From Clostridia bacterium (GTDB taxonomy: Bacteria; Bacillota; Clostridia; Christensenellales; Borkfalkiaceae): 64,000 nt of DNA. The notes beneath the pieces are model-generated. The model was not told where the DNA came from and did no database searches. It saw only the letters and a list, made by a program, of their open reading frames with translations. Where the stretch lies: assembly GCA_017505945.1 (NCBI GenBank), contig JAFVOG010000075.1:461-64460 (forward strand), written 5' to 3'. Shown here piece by piece: positions 62,491-64,000 of the stretch. How positions within the stretch are numbered: the stretch's first letter is position 1; every line of letters starts with the position of its first letter. The translations under genes and the position numbers were made by a program.

Positions 62491-63438
62491 ATGCGTTTAT
62501 CTACGATACGGGTGGGGGATATACTCCTGCCCAACAACGTGTTTTTAGCTCCGCTTGCAGGGTACACAAACTATGCGTTTAGACGGCTTTGCAAGGAGTA
62601 TGGCGCAGGGCTGTGTTTTAGTGAAATGGTAAGTGCCAAGGGCTTGAAATACGGAAACGAAAACACCGAAGATTTATTATACACGGACGAAGAAGAAGGA
62701 CTTACCGCCGTGCAAATTTTTGGGAACGACCCCGAAATTATGCGTATGGCGTGCGAGAACGAAAAGCTTGCGCCCTTTCCTATCGTCGATATCAATATGG
62801 GCTGTCCCGTGCCGAAAATTTATAAAAACGGCGAAGGGAGCGCGCTGTTGGAAAATCCAAAACTTGCCGAAGAAATCGTCAAGGCGTGCGTAAAGAGTGG
62901 AAAAACGATTACTGTGAAATTCCGTATCGGCGTTTCGGCGGATAAGTTAATCACCAAAGAATTTGCCAAGCGTATGGAAGGGGCGGGCGCAAGTATGCTT
63001 ACCATACACGGCAGAACGAAAGATAAAGTATATGCAGGCGAAGTAAACTACGACGAAATCGCAAGCGCAAAGAGCGCGGTGGGTATTCCCGTAATCGCCA
63101 ACGGCGGTGTGTTTTCTAACGAAGACGCGAAACGGCTGATGCAAAACACGGGCGCGGACGGCGTGATGGTGGCGCGCGCGTCGCTGTTCGACCCCCAACT
63201 GTTTTGCGATTTGACGGGTAAAGAAAGGGAAAATAAATATACTTCGTTTTGCAAGCAAATGCAGTGGACGAGAGCGCACGCGGACGAGAAATTTACCACG
63301 GTATTTATGCGTAAAATGGCAGCGTTTTACGTCAAGGGGGAACGGGGCGCGGCGGCGTATAAAGATAGGCTGTTTTCCTGCAAAACCCCCGAAGAAGTTT
63401 TAGAGATAGCCAAAGAGATTTGGGGCGAAAAGAAATAA
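62491..63438 (+). CDS. dus: tRNA-dihydrouridine synthase
   Basis: ATG at 62491. LAPLAGYTNYAFRRLCKEYGAGLCFSEMVSA, DINMGCP and HGRT are Dus motifs. Confidence 0.9.
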   Translation: MRLSTIRVGDILLPNNVFLAPLAGYTNYAFRRLCKEYGAGLCFSEMVSAKGLKYGNENTEDLLYTDEEEGLTAVQIFGNDPEIMRMACENEKLAPFPIVDINMGCPVPKIYKNGEGSALLENPKLAEEIVKACVKSGKTITVKFRIGVSADKLITKEFAKRMEGAGASMLTIHGRTKDKVYAGEVNYDEIASAKSAVGIPVIANGGVFSNEDAKRLMQNTGADGVMVARASLFDPQLFCDLTGKERENKYTSFCKQMQWTRAHADEKFTTVFMRKMAAFYVKGERGAAAYKDRLFSCKTPEEVLEIAKEIWGEKK

Positions 63439-63447
63439 CGCGTTAAA

Positions 63448-63474
63448 AACGGGCGAGAAACCGCCCGTTTTTTC
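63448..63474 (+). terminator. Intrinsic terminator of dus
   Basis: aacgggcg (63448-63455) / cgcccgtt (63462-63469) followed by T-run. Confidence 0.8.
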
Positions 63475-63683
63475 GTGCCGTTTTATCTGTCGGTAAGGTA
63501 TGCAACGTGAAAAAATGGGGCAAAATAACGCCCGAAAACGGACAAAACGGGGCGGTAGGCAACTTTTTTTGAAAAAATTGCGTTCATTTGCTATACATTT
63601 TTCAAAAGTTGTGGTATAATGGAAGGGAAATAACGATTTCCCTTTTTTATAAAAAAAGGGAAGCGGTTAGGGAGAAAAGTAAA

Positions 63684-64000
63684 ATGGCTGAAAGAGTAGA
63701 AGGCGAATACGGCGCGGAGCAGATACAGGTTTTAGACGGCTTGGAACATATCCGTAAACGTCCGGGGATGTATATTTCGTCCACGGATGCAAAGGGGCTT
63801 CACCACCTTGTGCACGAAGTCGTGGATAACTCCATTGACGAAGCGCTTGCAGGGTACTGTACGCATATCGAAGTGACGATTAACGCGGACGGGAGTTGCA
63901 CCGTACAAGACAATGGGCGCGGTATTCCTACCGATATTCACCCCAAGGAAGGCATTTCGACGTTGGAAGTCGTATTTACCAAGGTCAACGCAGGCGGTAA
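63684..64000 (+). CDS. gyrB: DNA gyrase subunit B, 5' partial (runs off the window)
   Basis: Hand translation: [58 protein letters not shown]...DNGRGIP. This is the canonical GHKL N-terminus. GGGAG RBS. Confidence 0.95.
   Translation, partial: MAERVEGEYGAEQIQVLDGLEHIRKRPGMYISSTDAKGLHHLVHEVVDNSIDEALAGYCTHIEVTINADGSCTVQDNGRGIPTDIHPKEGISTLEVVFTKVNAGG

Noticed and set aside
1-64000. Looked for tRNA or rRNA genes, CRISPR arrays, transposases or integrases, restriction-modification systems or other recognisable defence systems, and prophage structural genes.
   Set aside because: None was found. No spacer-interrupted short repeats, no tRNA-like cloverleaf candidates in the intergenic regions, and no ORF with DDE, tyrosine-recombinase or serine-recombinase motifs. 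The only mobile-looking items are the hairpin repeats and the DUF559 cassette.

Overview
This is a 64-kb chromosomal window from a spore-forming Bacillota, probably Clostridia-like, with GC roughly mid-40s % by eye. All calls come from reading the sequence and the ORF track and from remembered family motifs; no searches were run.

The content is mostly housekeeping and origin-proximal genes:
- Translation and RNA: rpsI-rplM, rplU-rpmA, rpmH-rnpA-yidD-yidC-jag, lysS, greA, rqcH, an RNase G/E-family gene, rsmG, rsmI, dus.
- Proteostasis: lon, engB, ftsH, tig-clpP-clpX.
- Replication: dnaN, holB, the gyrB 5' end.
- Central metabolism: fba, gap.
- Sporulation and germination: spoIVFA/spoIVFB-like pair, gerA-type operon, yyaC, ricT.

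I found no tRNA, rRNA, CRISPR array, transposase or integrase.

Items most worth a second look:
1. A complete origin-unwinding module (tandem DnaA boxes, GC clamp, DnaA-trios, AT-rich DUE) lies at 44.2-44.5 kb upstream of dnaN, but there is no dnaA gene. A DUF1273/YpsA-like SLOG gene sits in that slot.
2. A second, denser DnaA-box cluster lies 8.6 kb away in a 660-bp convergent intergenic region (53.0-53.5 kb).
3. A riboswitch-like leader of about 195 nt (three-way junction plus terminator/antiterminator) precedes a third DUF1273 paralogue (50.3-50.5 kb). I cannot assign it to a known class.
4. An operon encodes a 699-aa tandem SpoVK/CbbX-type AAA+ protein (one degenerate and one intact module) plus two YbjN-like, secretion-chaperone-fold proteins (5.6-8.7 kb).
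5. A DUF559 nuclease-like gene is bracketed exactly by 161-bp direct repeats of a hairpin-rich repeat family that recurs elsewhere in the window.

Smaller oddities:
- An orphan ParB-like protein with a degenerate arginine patch.
- A two-OB SSB-like protein.
- L27 with a propeptide but no adjacent prp gene.
- An orphan Wzz/BY-kinase pair.
- A YidC with a large loop insertion.

Gene functions are inferred and start codons are often uncertain.
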